Source of the DNA: Candidatus Hydrogenedentales bacterium | GTDB lineage: Bacteria > Hydrogenedentota > Hydrogenedentia > Hydrogenedentales > SLHB01 | NCBI GenBank assembly: GCA_041859475.1 | Contig: JBHEKO010000649.1 | Coordinates: forward strand, 1-26,146 | Length of the DNA: 26,146 nucleotides | Direction: 5' to 3' | In this document: positions 15,278 to 24,236 of the stretch, piece by piece | Numbering within the stretch: position 1 is the stretch's first letter | Layout of the letters: each line of letters starts with the position of its first letter | Made by a program: the position numbers and the translations under genes | Notes under the pieces: generated by a model | Databases searched by the model: none | Seen by the model: the letters and a program-made list of their open reading frames with translations, nothing else | What the model was told of the DNA's origin: nothing

Positions 15278-16585
15278 ATGTCGCGTCTTAGCGTCGTCAT
15301 GATTGTGAAGAACGAATCGCGCTGCCTGGCCGACTGTCTCGAAAGCGTGCGGGCCATCGCGGACGAAATCGTGATCGGCGATACAGGCTCAACGGACGAC
15401 ACCATGGCCATCGCGAAACGATTCGGCGCGCATTGTATCTCCATCGCGTGGCAGAACGATTTCGCCTCCGCGCGGAATCAAGGTCTCGCAATCGCCACGG
15501 GCGATTGGCTTCTGCATCTCGATGCGGACGAAGTCGTAGACGCAGCCGGCGCCCAGCGCATTCGCGCGTTGGTGGACCAGGATGGCGCGGGGGCCGATGC
15601 CGTTGAGGTCACGCTCGCAAACTACTCCAACGAAATGCGCGCATGGCGATGGACTCCCGCCCCGCCCGGCGACACGATGGCCCGGGGCTTTTCGGGCTAC
15701 ATCGCCGCGCCCTTGTTGCGCCTGTTCCGGAACCATCGCGGATACCAGTATCGCGAGCCGGTACACGAGAACATCACTGAGAGTGTCTTGGAACTCGGCG
15801 GCCGCATACGAAGCGAGCCGATTCTGATTCACCACTACGGCTACGCGGTGCGCGCGAATGAAAAGGCCCGTCTTTATCTGGCGATAGCGCGCCGGAAGGC
15901 AGAGAAACGCCCGGACGATCCAAAGGCATGGCACGACCTCTCGGAGCAACTGTTTGCGCTGGGCGAGACGGAAGAGTCGGCAGCCGCCGCCGCAAGTGCA
16001 TTGCGATTGGACCCGAACCACCTCGGCGCGGCGACTACACTCGCCACGATTCACCTCAACGCAGGGCATTTGGAGGCGGCGCAAACCGTGTTGGAAGGTC
16101 TTGTCTCGCGGGGAATCGCGCCCGCCCACGTACTCACCGCGTTGGCGGCGATTGCGTGCAAGCAAGGGCGCATCGAAGACGCGCGAACGTTAATTGATGC
16201 AGCGTGCGATCGCGATGCACGGTCGCTCATGGGCCATCTCTATCGCGCGCGCATCTTGGACATTCAGGGGGACGCTTGCGGCACGGAAGATGAACTGGCC
16301 GCTGCCTTGGCGCTCGCACCGGCCCTGGAAGAGGTGCGGCAGCGAAAACGGGCGCACACGGTACGCCACGAGGCGGATCGAAGACGAACTGCGGGCGACT
16401 ACGCGGGCGCACTGGCGATCTACGTCGAGGCGCTCAGACTCGATTCGGAGGACCCGCTCATCCACGTGGGCATCGGGTGCGTTTCGCGCGAACTGGGCCA
16501 AGCCGATGCGGCGCAACGCAGCTTCAATCGCGCCCAAGCGCTTTGCCCTTGGGTACTGTCAACCGGCCATCGGCCGCGAGAGTGA
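15278..16585 (+). CDS. Family-2 glycosyltransferase with C-terminal TPR repeats
   Basis: N-terminus LSVVMIVKNESRCLADCLESV...GDTGSTDDT...LDADE (GT2 DxD). The C-terminal half is Ala/Leu-rich TPR-like repeats. Start chosen at ATG 15278, with GGAGG 10 nt upstream. Confidence 0.8.
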   Translation: MSRLSVVMIVKNESRCLADCLESVRAIADEIVIGDTGSTDDTMAIAKRFGAHCISIAWQNDFASARNQGLAIATGDWLLHLDADEVVDAAGAQRIRALVDQDGAGADAVEVTLANYSNEMRAWRWTPAPPGDTMARGFSGYIAAPLLRLFRNHRGYQYREPVHENITESVLELGGRIRSEPILIHHYGYAVRANEKARLYLAIARRKAEKRPDDPKAWHDLSEQLFALGETEESAAAAASALRLDPNHLGAATTLATIHLNAGHLEAAQTVLEGLVSRGIAPAHVLTALAAIACKQGRIEDARTLIDAACDRDARSLMGHLYRARILDIQGDACGTEDELAAALALAPALEEVRQRKRAHTVRHEADRRRTAGDYAGALAIYVEALRLDSEDPLIHVGIGCVSRELGQADAAQRSFNRAQALCPWVLSTGHRPRE

Positions 16586-17566
16586 CTACCACCGCACGAC
16601 GGCGGAGGCCCACGTCAACCCCGCGCCGAAGGAGGCAAGCAACACGAGATCGCCCTCCTTCAGCCGGCCTTCCTTGACGGCCTGATCGAGCGCCAATGGA
16701 ATCGAGCCTGCGGTGCAATTGGCAACCTTGTCGATATTGCTGAAGACTTTTTCCGGGGGCAGTCCCAGACGTTCACCCACCACCATAATGATGCGTTGGT
16801 TCGCTTGATGAGGAACAAACAAATCAATCTGGTCGATCGCGACATTCGCCGCCTCAAGGGCAACCTGAACGGACGAGACGAACTCCACGATGGCCCGCTT
16901 GAAGAGCTCTTTACCCTTCATGTTGATCGTGTTCAAGTCGGTGTCGATGTTCTCGTGCGAGATTGGGGCCTTCGATCCGCCGGCCGGAATCCAAAGGACT
17001 TCCTTGCCCGAACCGTCCGACCATAGATGCGTCGTCAACACACCGCGCTCGCCTTCGCACGCTTGCAGCACCATCGCCCCCGCGCCATCGCCAAACAACA
17101 CAGCGGTATCTCGCTTTTCGTAGCTGATCCGATTGGAGGCCACCTCGGAACCGACAAGTAGAATGTTCTTGTACATACCCGAACGGATGAAGGAGTCGGC
17201 GGTGGCCAATCCGTACATGAAGCCCGAGCATGCCGCGTTCAAATCGAACGAGGGCGTCGTGGCCATTCCGAGCTCGTTCTGCATGATGCAGGCCGTAGAC
17301 GGGAAAATATAGTCGGGCGTCGTGGTACAACAAATGACCAGATCGATGTCGGAAGCTTGCATGCCTGCAACTTCAAGAGCGCGGCGCGCAGCCTGTGTCC
17401 CCAGATCCGATGTACCTTGGCCTGGGGCAATGTTGTGCCTTTGCAGAATTCCCGTGCGCTGGCGAATCCATTCGTCCGTGGTATCGGTCAACTTCTCGAG
17501 ATCGAAATTGGTCAACACTTTCTCTGGCAAATAATGCCCCGTGCCAACCACGCGTGATCGGATCAT
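16586..17566 (-). CDS. fabH: 3-oxoacyl-ACP synthase III (KAS III, FabH-type)
   Basis: Start set at the internal ATG (MIRSRVVGTGHYLPEK, the canonical FabH N-terminus) with RBS GGAGAAGAGGGA. The 34-aa upstream extension is not FabH-like. Active-site Cys in NAACSGFMYGL, His in VPHQANQRI, Asn in ANCTAGSIP. About 327 aa. Confidence 0.88.
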   Translation of the reverse strand: MIRSRVVGTGHYLPEKVLTNFDLEKLTDTTDEWIRQRTGILQRHNIAPGQGTSDLGTQAARRALEVAGMQASDIDLVICCTTTPDYIFPSTACIMQNELGMATTPSFDLNAACSGFMYGLATADSFIRSGMYKNILLVGSEVASNRISYEKRDTAVLFGDGAGAMVLQACEGERGVLTTHLWSDGSGKEVLWIPAGGSKAPISHENIDTDLNTINMKGKELFKRAIVEFVSSVQVALEAANVAIDQIDLFVPHQANQRIIMVVGERLGLPPEKVFSNIDKVANCTAGSIPLALDQAVKEGRLKEGDLVLLASFGAGLTWASAVVRW

Positions 17567-17638
17567 TCCCTCTTCTCCGTATGTAATGTCGCGCTGCGAA
17601 CGGAATGTACCCCCTGTGCGGACAGCGCTTGCGGTTGA

Positions 17639-17648
17639 AGAATAGCAC
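17639..17648 (-). promoter_or_regulatory. Extended -10-like GTGCTATTCT (minus strand) upstream of fabH
   Basis: Reverse complement of AGAATAGCAC (17639-17648). It shares GTGCTAT with the two motifs above. It sits in the 114-bp gap between the hypothetical gene and fabH, about 70 nt upstream of the fabH ATG. Confidence 0.3.
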
Positions 17649-17680
17649 GTTCGACGCACGAAATGCACAGAATCGGCGAG

Positions 17681-19294
17681 TCATTCGCCCGCGGCTGGGG
17701 CAGCCGCGCCTTCCGCGGAATTCGGTGAAGGAATAGAAAACTCCAAGTGTAGTGAGAGCGATTCCACACCGCCTGAGACGTCCCAGGACACTTCTGCCGT
17801 TGCGGAATGGGTCAGAACCGTGTACCACCATGTGCGGGTGTCCAACGATGGATACGCGTTCGATTGCGCGAGGGAATGCGCCACATGTGCGCCGCGAATC
17901 TGCAGAGCCAGACGAGTCGCGCCATTGGCGCTTGTGCCGGCCGCCTCTCTCGGAGCGAAGAAGTCCCGCACGTCGTTCACATCGGACGCGACGAACGCAT
18001 TGCCTCCGGCAACGGCGAAGTACAAGGGATGGACGACGCGCGCCGCATGAACGGCGGTCCCATCGCCCATGGTCGAATTGGCCCCTTCCACCGCGGGCAA
18101 CAAGAATTCGAGGGCCTCTTCCGTTGCATCGTCATCGCTCGTGCTCCACGCAAATCGAATTCGGCTCTTCTCCTCGTAGGAAGGCCCAACCTCAAATGCA
18201 AATGAATCCTTCATCGCGGCCGCTAGGCGTGCAACTCCTTCGATGGCATCCGTGTCGTGCGTGGATTCGGCCAAATGCCGAAGCTGGCTCTTGAACGCTG
18301 TGCCTATCGCTCCCGATAACGAGACAGTCCCCGCGGCAATGGCATCGTCGCTGGGGTGAGCGATGCCGGCGGAATCTCTCGGTGGCTCCTCGAGCATGGC
18401 AGTCAAACCGGGAAGGTCCTCCTGAAGCCACGAAGCGCGTGCGACAAACCCGTCCTCGGAAATCGACATCTGAATAGCCACGGGGCCAGGCCCCGCCAAG
18501 GCCGGCTCCAGCGCCTCGCAAGCGTGCGCCATTCGGGGGCCAAAAGAAGGCCAAGCCACGCGCAGCCATGCCGTCAGCGGCTTCCACGTGGCCCGCACCC
18601 TGTTCGGATACGCAAAGGCGACGGCCGTATTTCCATCAAGAGCAGACTGCTCGAGGACGAAACCCGAATTCACAAAGGACTCCGCTACCGCCGAGGCGAA
18701 ATCGGTTGAATCGGAGACGGCAATCCAGCCTGGCCACGACGCACATGCAAGCGAACCGTGAAGGGCAAGCGAATACCCATTGCGCTCGGCAAGCAACCTG
18801 GGAGGCGACGGCGCCGAAGCGTCGATAGGCCACGCAGTCCTTATGAATTGCATGGAGTCACGGCATTGGAACACGGCGGCAAACTTGGCTTGAAACTGCC
18901 GCCCTTCCGGCGCGAGGTCAAGCAGAATCGCCATGGGCGCGTCGGCCGATATCGCGTAACGGTCAAGCACTTCGCCGAGACGGGCGCCCTCGCCGAAGTT
19001 CGAGGCGAGCCACGACGTGGCCTCATCCTCGCCAAAGAGCCGCTTCGAGCACGTTGCCCAGGCATCGAACGCGGCTTGCGGAGACTTGGCAAACAGGGCC
19101 GCAACAGCGCCGGACGGAACGGCGCTCCGAAGTGCGGCGGACGCGCCGGAAGACAGCGCGCTTGGTGCAAGAGGAACGGCTGCCTGACGCGATTCCTGCC
19201 TTCGGAGGAGAACCGCGACAGTCGAAATAACAAGGATGACCACGATAGCCCCGGCGTAGAACGCGATCATTATGTGACGGAAAGAAGTCTTCAT
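17681..19294 (-). CDS. Hypothetical membrane-anchored protein (N-terminal TM, large Ala-rich extracytoplasmic domain)
   Basis: A 537-aa ORF with signal-anchor MKTSFRHIMIAFYAGAIVVILVISTVAVLL. No motif I can assign. The long antisense frames are R/P-rich junk, which supports this strand. RBS-like GGGG 4 nt upstream. Confidence 0.6.
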   Translation of the reverse strand: MKTSFRHIMIAFYAGAIVVILVISTVAVLLRRQESRQAAVPLAPSALSSGASAALRSAVPSGAVAALFAKSPQAAFDAWATCSKRLFGEDEATSWLASNFGEGARLGEVLDRYAISADAPMAILLDLAPEGRQFQAKFAAVFQCRDSMQFIRTAWPIDASAPSPPRLLAERNGYSLALHGSLACASWPGWIAVSDSTDFASAVAESFVNSGFVLEQSALDGNTAVAFAYPNRVRATWKPLTAWLRVAWPSFGPRMAHACEALEPALAGPGPVAIQMSISEDGFVARASWLQEDLPGLTAMLEEPPRDSAGIAHPSDDAIAAGTVSLSGAIGTAFKSQLRHLAESTHDTDAIEGVARLAAAMKDSFAFEVGPSYEEKSRIRFAWSTSDDDATEEALEFLLPAVEGANSTMGDGTAVHAARVVHPLYFAVAGGNAFVASDVNDVRDFFAPREAAGTSANGATRLALQIRGAHVAHSLAQSNAYPSLDTRTWWYTVLTHSATAEVSWDVSGGVESLSLHLEFSIPSPNSAEGAAAPAAGE

Positions 19295-19337
19295 CTACCC
19301 CTTTGTGCCTGGGACCCGGCGCAACCCGGCCCGGCGC

Positions 19338-19796
19338 CTATCGGGTGTTCCCGGTACTATCCTCGGTAATACGCTGCGTGGGGAAATGCAGGATGCACCC
19401 GCCAATCGCCGCCCCCCACAGTATCATTGGAATGGCGAGGCTGCCTGTCATAAGCGCCGTAATGAATCCCATTGCTCCGGCGCCCTCGGATAGAGCCATC
19501 GCCACGATCATATTTCTGAAGCGCGCCTGGATGCCCGCCTCGCCCTTAGGCGCATTGCCATCCAACGCCTTCCTCAGGAGGATGGATGACGCGACGGAAA
19601 GGAGCCCCGTCACGGTCAGCACGGCATTGACCATAGTGGCCGTTTCCGCGGGCATATTGGCAATCCCTTCCTTGGGGATAAGTTCCAGCACAATCAAGCC
19701 AACACCCACGGCGCTGTACCCAATTGTGGACATGAGCAAGGCCCCTGCAATCATCCGGGCTGTTTGCAGCCGTACGATGGGTCTGCTCGTTTGCAT
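19338..19796 (-). CDS. Small integral membrane protein (4 TM, internally duplicated 2-TM unit), unknown function
   Basis: Excellent RBS AAAGGAGGGAG 8 nt upstream of the ATG. Four hydrophobic helices. The antisense ORF 19303..19824 lacks an RBS and is compositionally odd. Confidence 0.6.
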   Translation of the reverse strand: MQTSRPIVRLQTARMIAGALLMSTIGYSAVGVGLIVLELIPKEGIANMPAETATMVNAVLTVTGLLSVASSILLRKALDGNAPKGEAGIQARFRNMIVAMALSEGAGAMGFITALMTGSLAIPMILWGAAIGGCILHFPTQRITEDSTGNTR

Positions 19797-19863
19797 GGCG
19801 AAGTCTCCCTCCTTTGGGAATTGAGAAGACGCATACGCGCTTCCTCGAACGGAATTGCTCGGT

Positions 19864-19869
19864 TATAAT
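19864..19869 (+). promoter_or_regulatory. Consensus -10 TATAAT upstream of the lipoprotein gene
   Basis: GGTTATAATGCG with TATAAT at 19864-19869; GTG start 19925 is about 55 nt downstream. Divergent intergenic region shared with the small membrane-protein gene. Confidence 0.4.
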
Positions 19870-19924
19870 GCGAATGGTAGACTGAGCGGGCCTGTTAAGT
19901 ACAACCCTTGAACGGAGATCGACA

Positions 19925-21004
19925 GTGAGTACTCCCGGTAACCGTCGCCTCGTTGTCCTGCTTTCCATTCTCGCTTTGGCGTGGATGACAGGATGCGGAT
20001 ACATCGCCGACAAAGAACGTATCCGAATTGCCACCATGGACGGCAAACCCATCACGCGAGGCGATCTGAACAAGATCCTCCACGATATGTCTCCAGACGA
20101 GCGGCCGACCATCCGCACCCGCGGCGATTTGCTCAAAGCGCTTCAGAATTCCATCGACGCGCGCCTCAAAAGAAGCTTGGCGGATAGCTTGAAAGAGCAG
20201 GGCAAGATCCATGTGCCGCGCGAATTGGCGGAGCGCATCTACCTCGTCAAACATCCCGACCAATACGGCATGATGACCAATCCGGAAGACTACAACCTGA
20301 CACAGCGCGATCTCGATTTCATGAAACAGGAGCGCGAACTCGGAGTCGATGAGGAATTGAAGGCCCTCGAAGATGAACAAGCCGTCATGTTCCGCATTGA
20401 TGAAGCGATGAAGAACGGTTTGATTCAGATCTCGGACGAAGAATTCCAGCGCGAGTATGAGACTCGAAAAGGTGACCTGAAGCATTACGAGAAGGTCTCG
20501 TTCCGGGGCGTGTATCTTCCCTCGGCGAACCCTGACGCGAGTACGGCCGCCGCGGCAATCGTGGGACGTCTCAATACGGGCGAGTCCGTAGACGACGTGG
20601 CAAAGGCCTACGCAAGCGCTCAGGCCGATATCCTGGAGGCCACGCTCGAAAACGACCCCAAGAATCACAAGTTCGCGGGGTTCTGGCAACAGGCAGCGGA
20701 GACACAACCGGGCGCTGTCGTTGGGCCAGTCGTCATTAAAGGATGGGAGCGAGGACGCCTAAACGCTCAAGGACAACGAGTCATGGAGCGCATCCCCGAC
20801 TCTCTTCTGGTGGCGCAGATCGTGGACGAAGTCCCCGAGACGCAGAAGACGCTGGAGGAATCCAAGCCGGACCTGACACCGCTCATCCTCTACGCCAAGG
20901 TCATGGATCAACTGCGCAAAGAGCACGGGGTTTCACTTTTCGAGGATAAGCTGCCCGATCCGTCCATGTACGACACAAGTTCGACTTCCGTGGTGGTGCG
21001 GTAA
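19925..21004 (+). CDS. Lipoprotein, SurA/PpiD-like periplasmic chaperone-type protein (tentative)
   Basis: GTG start with GGAG 8 nt upstream. Lipobox LALAWMTGC. Charged, helix-rich mature protein reminiscent of SurA N-terminal/PpiC-type chaperone domains; the functional call is weak. Confidence 0.65.
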   Translation: MSTPGNRRLVVLLSILALAWMTGCGYIADKERIRIATMDGKPITRGDLNKILHDMSPDERPTIRTRGDLLKALQNSIDARLKRSLADSLKEQGKIHVPRELAERIYLVKHPDQYGMMTNPEDYNLTQRDLDFMKQERELGVDEELKALEDEQAVMFRIDEAMKNGLIQISDEEFQREYETRKGDLKHYEKVSFRGVYLPSANPDASTAAAAIVGRLNTGESVDDVAKAYASAQADILEATLENDPKNHKFAGFWQQAAETQPGAVVGPVVIKGWERGRLNAQGQRVMERIPDSLLVAQIVDEVPETQKTLEESKPDLTPLILYAKVMDQLRKEHGVSLFEDKLPDPSMYDTSSTSVVVR

Positions 21005-21011
21005 GCACCAC

Positions 21012-22010
21012 TCAGAGACGAGACTCCTCCGGACATTCGGCGGACAATATCGTGCGAAGCGCGTCCGCGGACAACCATGCGGGGTTCGCGTCGCTGGAGA
21101 ATTTCGTCCCGGGTTCCATTGGGATTCCCCGTTCCGGGGTCTCGTTTCGCCACCACGGCATGACAGGCTCGATGACGTACATCGTCTCGTGTTCGCGCGC
21201 GTGATACGACTCGTCGCGAGAAACGAGGATCTCGTGAAGCTTCTCGCTGGGGCGGATGCCTACCACCCGGGTCTTGCACCCTGGCGCGACGGCCTCGGCC
21301 AAGTCGGCCAAGCGCATGCTCGGAATCTTCGGAACAAAGACCTCCCCGCCTCGCATAATCTCGCCACATTCGAGAACAAAACGCGCACCCTGTTCGAGCG
21401 TGAGCCAAAAGCGCGTCATACGGTCGTCGGTAATCGTAATCTCGCCTTCACTGCGCTGGCGCAGGAACAGCGGGATAACGCTGCCTCGGCTTCCCACAAC
21501 ATTGCCGTAGCGCGTGCAACAGAACATCGTCCCGCCGCCACCCGCGTACGAGTTGCCTTGGACGAGCAACTTTTCCGCGACAAGTTTCGTGGCCCCGTAC
21601 AGGTTGACGGGGTTGACTGCCTTATCCGTGCTGAGCGCGATAACCCGCTTCACACGGTTGTCGATGGCGGCATCGATGATATTCTTCGCGCCGTCGATGT
21701 TGGTCTTGACCGCCTCGATTGGGTTGTATTCGCAGGCCGGGACCTGTTTCATGGCCGCGGCGTGCACAATGATGTCGACGCCATCGGTCGCGCGATAGAG
21801 CCGTTCGCGGTCCCGCACGTCGCCGATGAAGTAGCGGATTCGAGAATCGTCGAATCCCGGGGTGTGGGCCATGTCGTGCTGCTTCAATTCGTCGCGGCTA
21901 TAAACGATTACCTTGCGGGGTTCGCACTCGGCAAGGAGCAGACGGGCAAATGCCTTGCCGAACGATCCAGTCCCCCCGGTGATAAGCACTGTGCTGTCGC
22001 GCCAAACCAT
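21012..22010 (-). CDS. pseB: UDP-N-acetylglucosamine 4,6-dehydratase (inverting), PseB/FlaA1/CapD family
   Basis: Start moved to MVWRDSTVLITGGTGSFGKAF; the 53-aa upstream extension is not part of the family. Near-colinear with H. pylori FlaA1: IVYSRDELKQ, YNPIEAVKTNIDGAKN, STDKAVNPVNLYGATKLVAEKL, RYGNVVGSRGSVIP, RMTRFW, VFVPKIPS, GIRPSEKLHE. Confidence 0.88.
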   Translation of the reverse strand: MVWRDSTVLITGGTGSFGKAFARLLLAECEPRKVIVYSRDELKQHDMAHTPGFDDSRIRYFIGDVRDRERLYRATDGVDIIVHAAAMKQVPACEYNPIEAVKTNIDGAKNIIDAAIDNRVKRVIALSTDKAVNPVNLYGATKLVAEKLLVQGNSYAGGGGTMFCCTRYGNVVGSRGSVIPLFLRQRSEGEITITDDRMTRFWLTLEQGARFVLECGEIMRGGEVFVPKIPSMRLADLAEAVAPGCKTRVVGIRPSEKLHEILVSRDESYHAREHETMYVIEPVMPWWRNETPERGIPMEPGTKFSSDANPAWLSADALRTILSAECPEESRL

Positions 22011-22084
22011 ATCGTCACCCCGCTGCTGACTTTCCAACTCGCCGTTCACGAAGTATATCGAGACGCCCAACGCATGCGCGAATC

Positions 22085-23686
22085 CTACGCGAGCGGAGGA
22101 AGATACCGTCCGGGCGCAATGATGTCGTCGGGATCCAGCGCCCGCTTGATCTGCGTTGCCACGCGCCAAAACGCGTCCGAGGGATCGTGAAGCTTAGGCA
22201 GGCCGCTCAACCCCACGCGATACGGAACATATCCTTCGCGCATGAGGGCCTCAAACGTCGCGTGATAGCAGGCCTCGGCGCGCACGGCTTCCTCTTCTAC
22301 GGCCTTGTCGAACGCCACGTTCAGAATGGCGATCATGGCGCGCTCGTTGATCATCGTAAACGTCGCAAGCAACTCGAACCCGTGCTGCGCGAAGATTGGC
22401 TCGACGATGGCCATAACGCGCAAGGCATCCCGCCCCGTCATGGGAATCGCCGGCGACAACCAGTACAAACCCGCGCCTTGCTCAAGCGGATCGGACGACG
22501 CGGCCGGCGGGGCATTGCGCAGCCGCCACATGGAACCTCGAAGCGCATCTGCCGTGGGCCGTCCCTTCAGCGTGGCATAAACGGGATTCAAGGATTCGAG
22601 CATCTCCGCGAACTTCGCCCCGAAACCAAACCGCTGCATCATTCGAACCGCGTGTCCCGCCAACGCCAGCTTTGTGTCATCGACAAAAACCAGCTTGCCC
22701 AAACCGCGCACGGCATCGCGCAGGGCCTTCTTGCCGGACTTCACGTGGCCCGCGGGCCCGGTCAAAGCGCCGCCCGCATTCCACGCGCTGATGCCATACG
22801 TCTTGCGCATTCGGGCGCGGACATCGTCCGGGAGCGGCGTTTTGCCGTTGGTCTCCTCCCAAGGATAGTTGCGTTTTGAACTCAGTATCCGGAGATCGTT
22901 TCCGATGTGCAGCGCGGAGGTAATGACGCCTGCCATGCGCAACGGACGCAGCCGGTCCACAAGCGCGGCCAAGTCTTCGTAACGCTCCACGGTGATAAAA
23001 AAGAAACAGAACGCCTCCGGCTTGGGCATCAGCCACATCCCGATCTTGGTGACAATCCCGAAGTTGGATTGGCAGAAGAGACCGTCGATATAAGGCCCTA
23101 CTCCATAGGGATAGACCCGCGACGCCTTGGCATTCGGGAAATGCCCGAATCCGGTGTTGATCACACTGCCGTCGGCGAGAACGGCTTCCATGCCGCACGT
23201 GCTCGCAAAATGGTCGCCGTAGCGCGTATGTCCGAATCCGTGGTCAAGCGTGTTGCCGACGAAACTAGCCCCCGGCCCGGCGCCCGTGCAATCCATCCAG
23301 AGGTTGGTCTGCTGCGACTCCAGATGCTCGAACAATTGCCCCTGCGAGACGCCCGCCTCGATCACCGCGTAGGCCAGCTCCGTATTGACCTCCACGATAC
23401 GATCCATGCGGCTCAGGTCGACGATTGCGGAATTGCCCGCGGGCGCGCACGCGTCGCCATATCCCCAATTCTTCCCGCGTGAAATGGGATAGAGACCCGC
23501 CTTGTGCTCGCGGGCAATGGCAACCAGCGCTTGGACTTCTTCGGTAGACCTCGGATAGAGCACGCAGGCGGGCCGGGTCCCGTGGTGCTGCGTGCTTCGG
23601 CTGTACAAGTCGAGTGTTTCGGCGCGCGCATTGACGTGCGTCTCCCCCAGCGCGGCGCGCCACTGCGCGATTGCATCGGTAATCAC
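22085..23686 (-). CDS. FAD-binding oxidoreductase, VAO/PCMH (vanillyl-alcohol oxidase / 4-cresol dehydrogenase-like) family
   Basis: N-terminal PCMH-type FAD domain (CVLYPRSTEEVQALVAIA...ISRGKNWGYGDA...IVDLSRMDRIVEVN...AVIEAGVSQGQL). The G-(R/K)-N-x-G-Y-G motif is typical of the VAO subfamily. About 530 aa. Its GTG start overlaps the cbiX-like stop (GTGA). Confidence 0.75.
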   Translation of the reverse strand: MITDAIAQWRAALGETHVNARAETLDLYSRSTQHHGTRPACVLYPRSTEEVQALVAIAREHKAGLYPISRGKNWGYGDACAPAGNSAIVDLSRMDRIVEVNTELAYAVIEAGVSQGQLFEHLESQQTNLWMDCTGAGPGASFVGNTLDHGFGHTRYGDHFASTCGMEAVLADGSVINTGFGHFPNAKASRVYPYGVGPYIDGLFCQSNFGIVTKIGMWLMPKPEAFCFFFITVERYEDLAALVDRLRPLRMAGVITSALHIGNDLRILSSKRNYPWEETNGKTPLPDDVRARMRKTYGISAWNAGGALTGPAGHVKSGKKALRDAVRGLGKLVFVDDTKLALAGHAVRMMQRFGFGAKFAEMLESLNPVYATLKGRPTADALRGSMWRLRNAPPAASSDPLEQGAGLYWLSPAIPMTGRDALRVMAIVEPIFAQHGFELLATFTMINERAMIAILNVAFDKAVEEEAVRAEACYHATFEALMREGYVPYRVGLSGLPKLHDPSDAFWRVATQIKRALDPDDIIAPGRYLPPLA

Positions 23687-24123
23687 TGCTCTTGCCCGGC
23701 CTCCCTGCGATGGCGCTCCATCGCCTCCAGGACCCGCCTCAGAATGACCGCATTCATATTGGCGTCCACCCCCAACGGTTCTCCTACAACGTACTCAATC
23801 CCGGCAAAAGGCTTGGCCGCTTCGGCCGTGAGCCGCGGAATATCGACCCTGCTGTGCCTGCCGGGCGAGAGGAAATACGGTTGCACGATAATGCGCCGGG
23901 CCCCCCGCGCAATGCACTTGGCGAACGCGTGCTCGATGGTCGGCTCCGCCAATTCCATGTGGGCCGGTTCGACAACGGCTACGCCCATCGCCTCGGAAAA
24001 AAGCGCTGCCACCTCTTCAAGCATGAGGTTTGCGGCGGCAAGCTTCGAACCGTGATCCACGAGCACAATGCCCGTATCGGGCGGAATATGCGGCTCGTAA
24101 CGCTGTGTTTGTTGTTTGCTCAT
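23683..24123 (-). CDS. CbiX/SirB-type (small) sirohydrochlorin chelatase-like protein
   Basis: Motifs GIVLVDHGSK and RIIVQPYFLSPGRHSRVDIP match CbiX(S) (GHGSR ... PlfL.G.H...DIP). Start at ATG 24123 is inferred from family length; the RBS is weak. The TTG start at 24234 proposed by the track is less likely. Confidence 0.65.
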   Translation of the reverse strand: MSKQQTQRYEPHIPPDTGIVLVDHGSKLAAANLMLEEVAALFSEAMGVAVVEPAHMELAEPTIEHAFAKCIARGARRIIVQPYFLSPGRHSRVDIPRLTAEAAKPFAGIEYVVGEPLGVDANMNAVILRRVLEAMERHRREAGQEQ

Positions 24124-24162
24124 AGTCTGTGGGGAGATGATAGCACACAGACGCCGCGCGTT

Positions 24163-24173
24163 CGTGCTATGAT
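24163..24173 (+). promoter_or_regulatory. Extended -10 element CGTGCTATGAT upstream of the PhyH gene (divergent cbiX/phyH intergenic region)
   Basis: TGnTATGAT form (TATGAT 24168-24173), 64 nt upstream of ATG 24237. The same 10-mer recurs at 25121-25130. Confidence 0.45.
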
Positions 24174-24236
24174 GTCGGCGGTCTTGGCTGAAACGTGTCC
24201 GTCCCAACGAATTCACGACAACGGTGGAGCGCAATC

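Noticed and set aside
15389-16165. 258-aa minus-strand ORF antisense to the GT2-TPR gene
   Set aside because: R/G-rich shadow ORF. The plus strand carries clear GT2 and TPR signatures.
17567-17668. 34-aa N-terminal extension of fabH (track start 17668)
   Set aside because: FabH proteins start at the M-x-x-x-I-x-G-T-G-x-Y-L-P motif. A strong RBS precedes ATG 17566, and the extension is not hydrophobic or conserved-looking.
19895-20707. 270-aa minus-strand ORF antisense to the lipoprotein gene, and 19303..19824 (+) antisense to the small membrane-protein gene
   Set aside because: The retained strands have a lipobox signal peptide and a near-consensus RBS respectively. The rejected frames lack RBSs and look compositionally artefactual.
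22011-22169. 53-aa N-terminal extension of pseB in the ORF track (start 22169), which would overlap the FAD-oxidase gene
   Set aside because: The family N-terminus (MxxxxxxLITGGTGSFGK) begins at ATG 22010. The extension is Arg/Ala-rich and would create an 85-nt overlap with the upstream CDS.
21189-22190. 333-aa plus-strand ORF antisense to pseB
   Set aside because: pseB aligns residue-by-residue with the FlaA1/PseB family. The antisense product has no motif.
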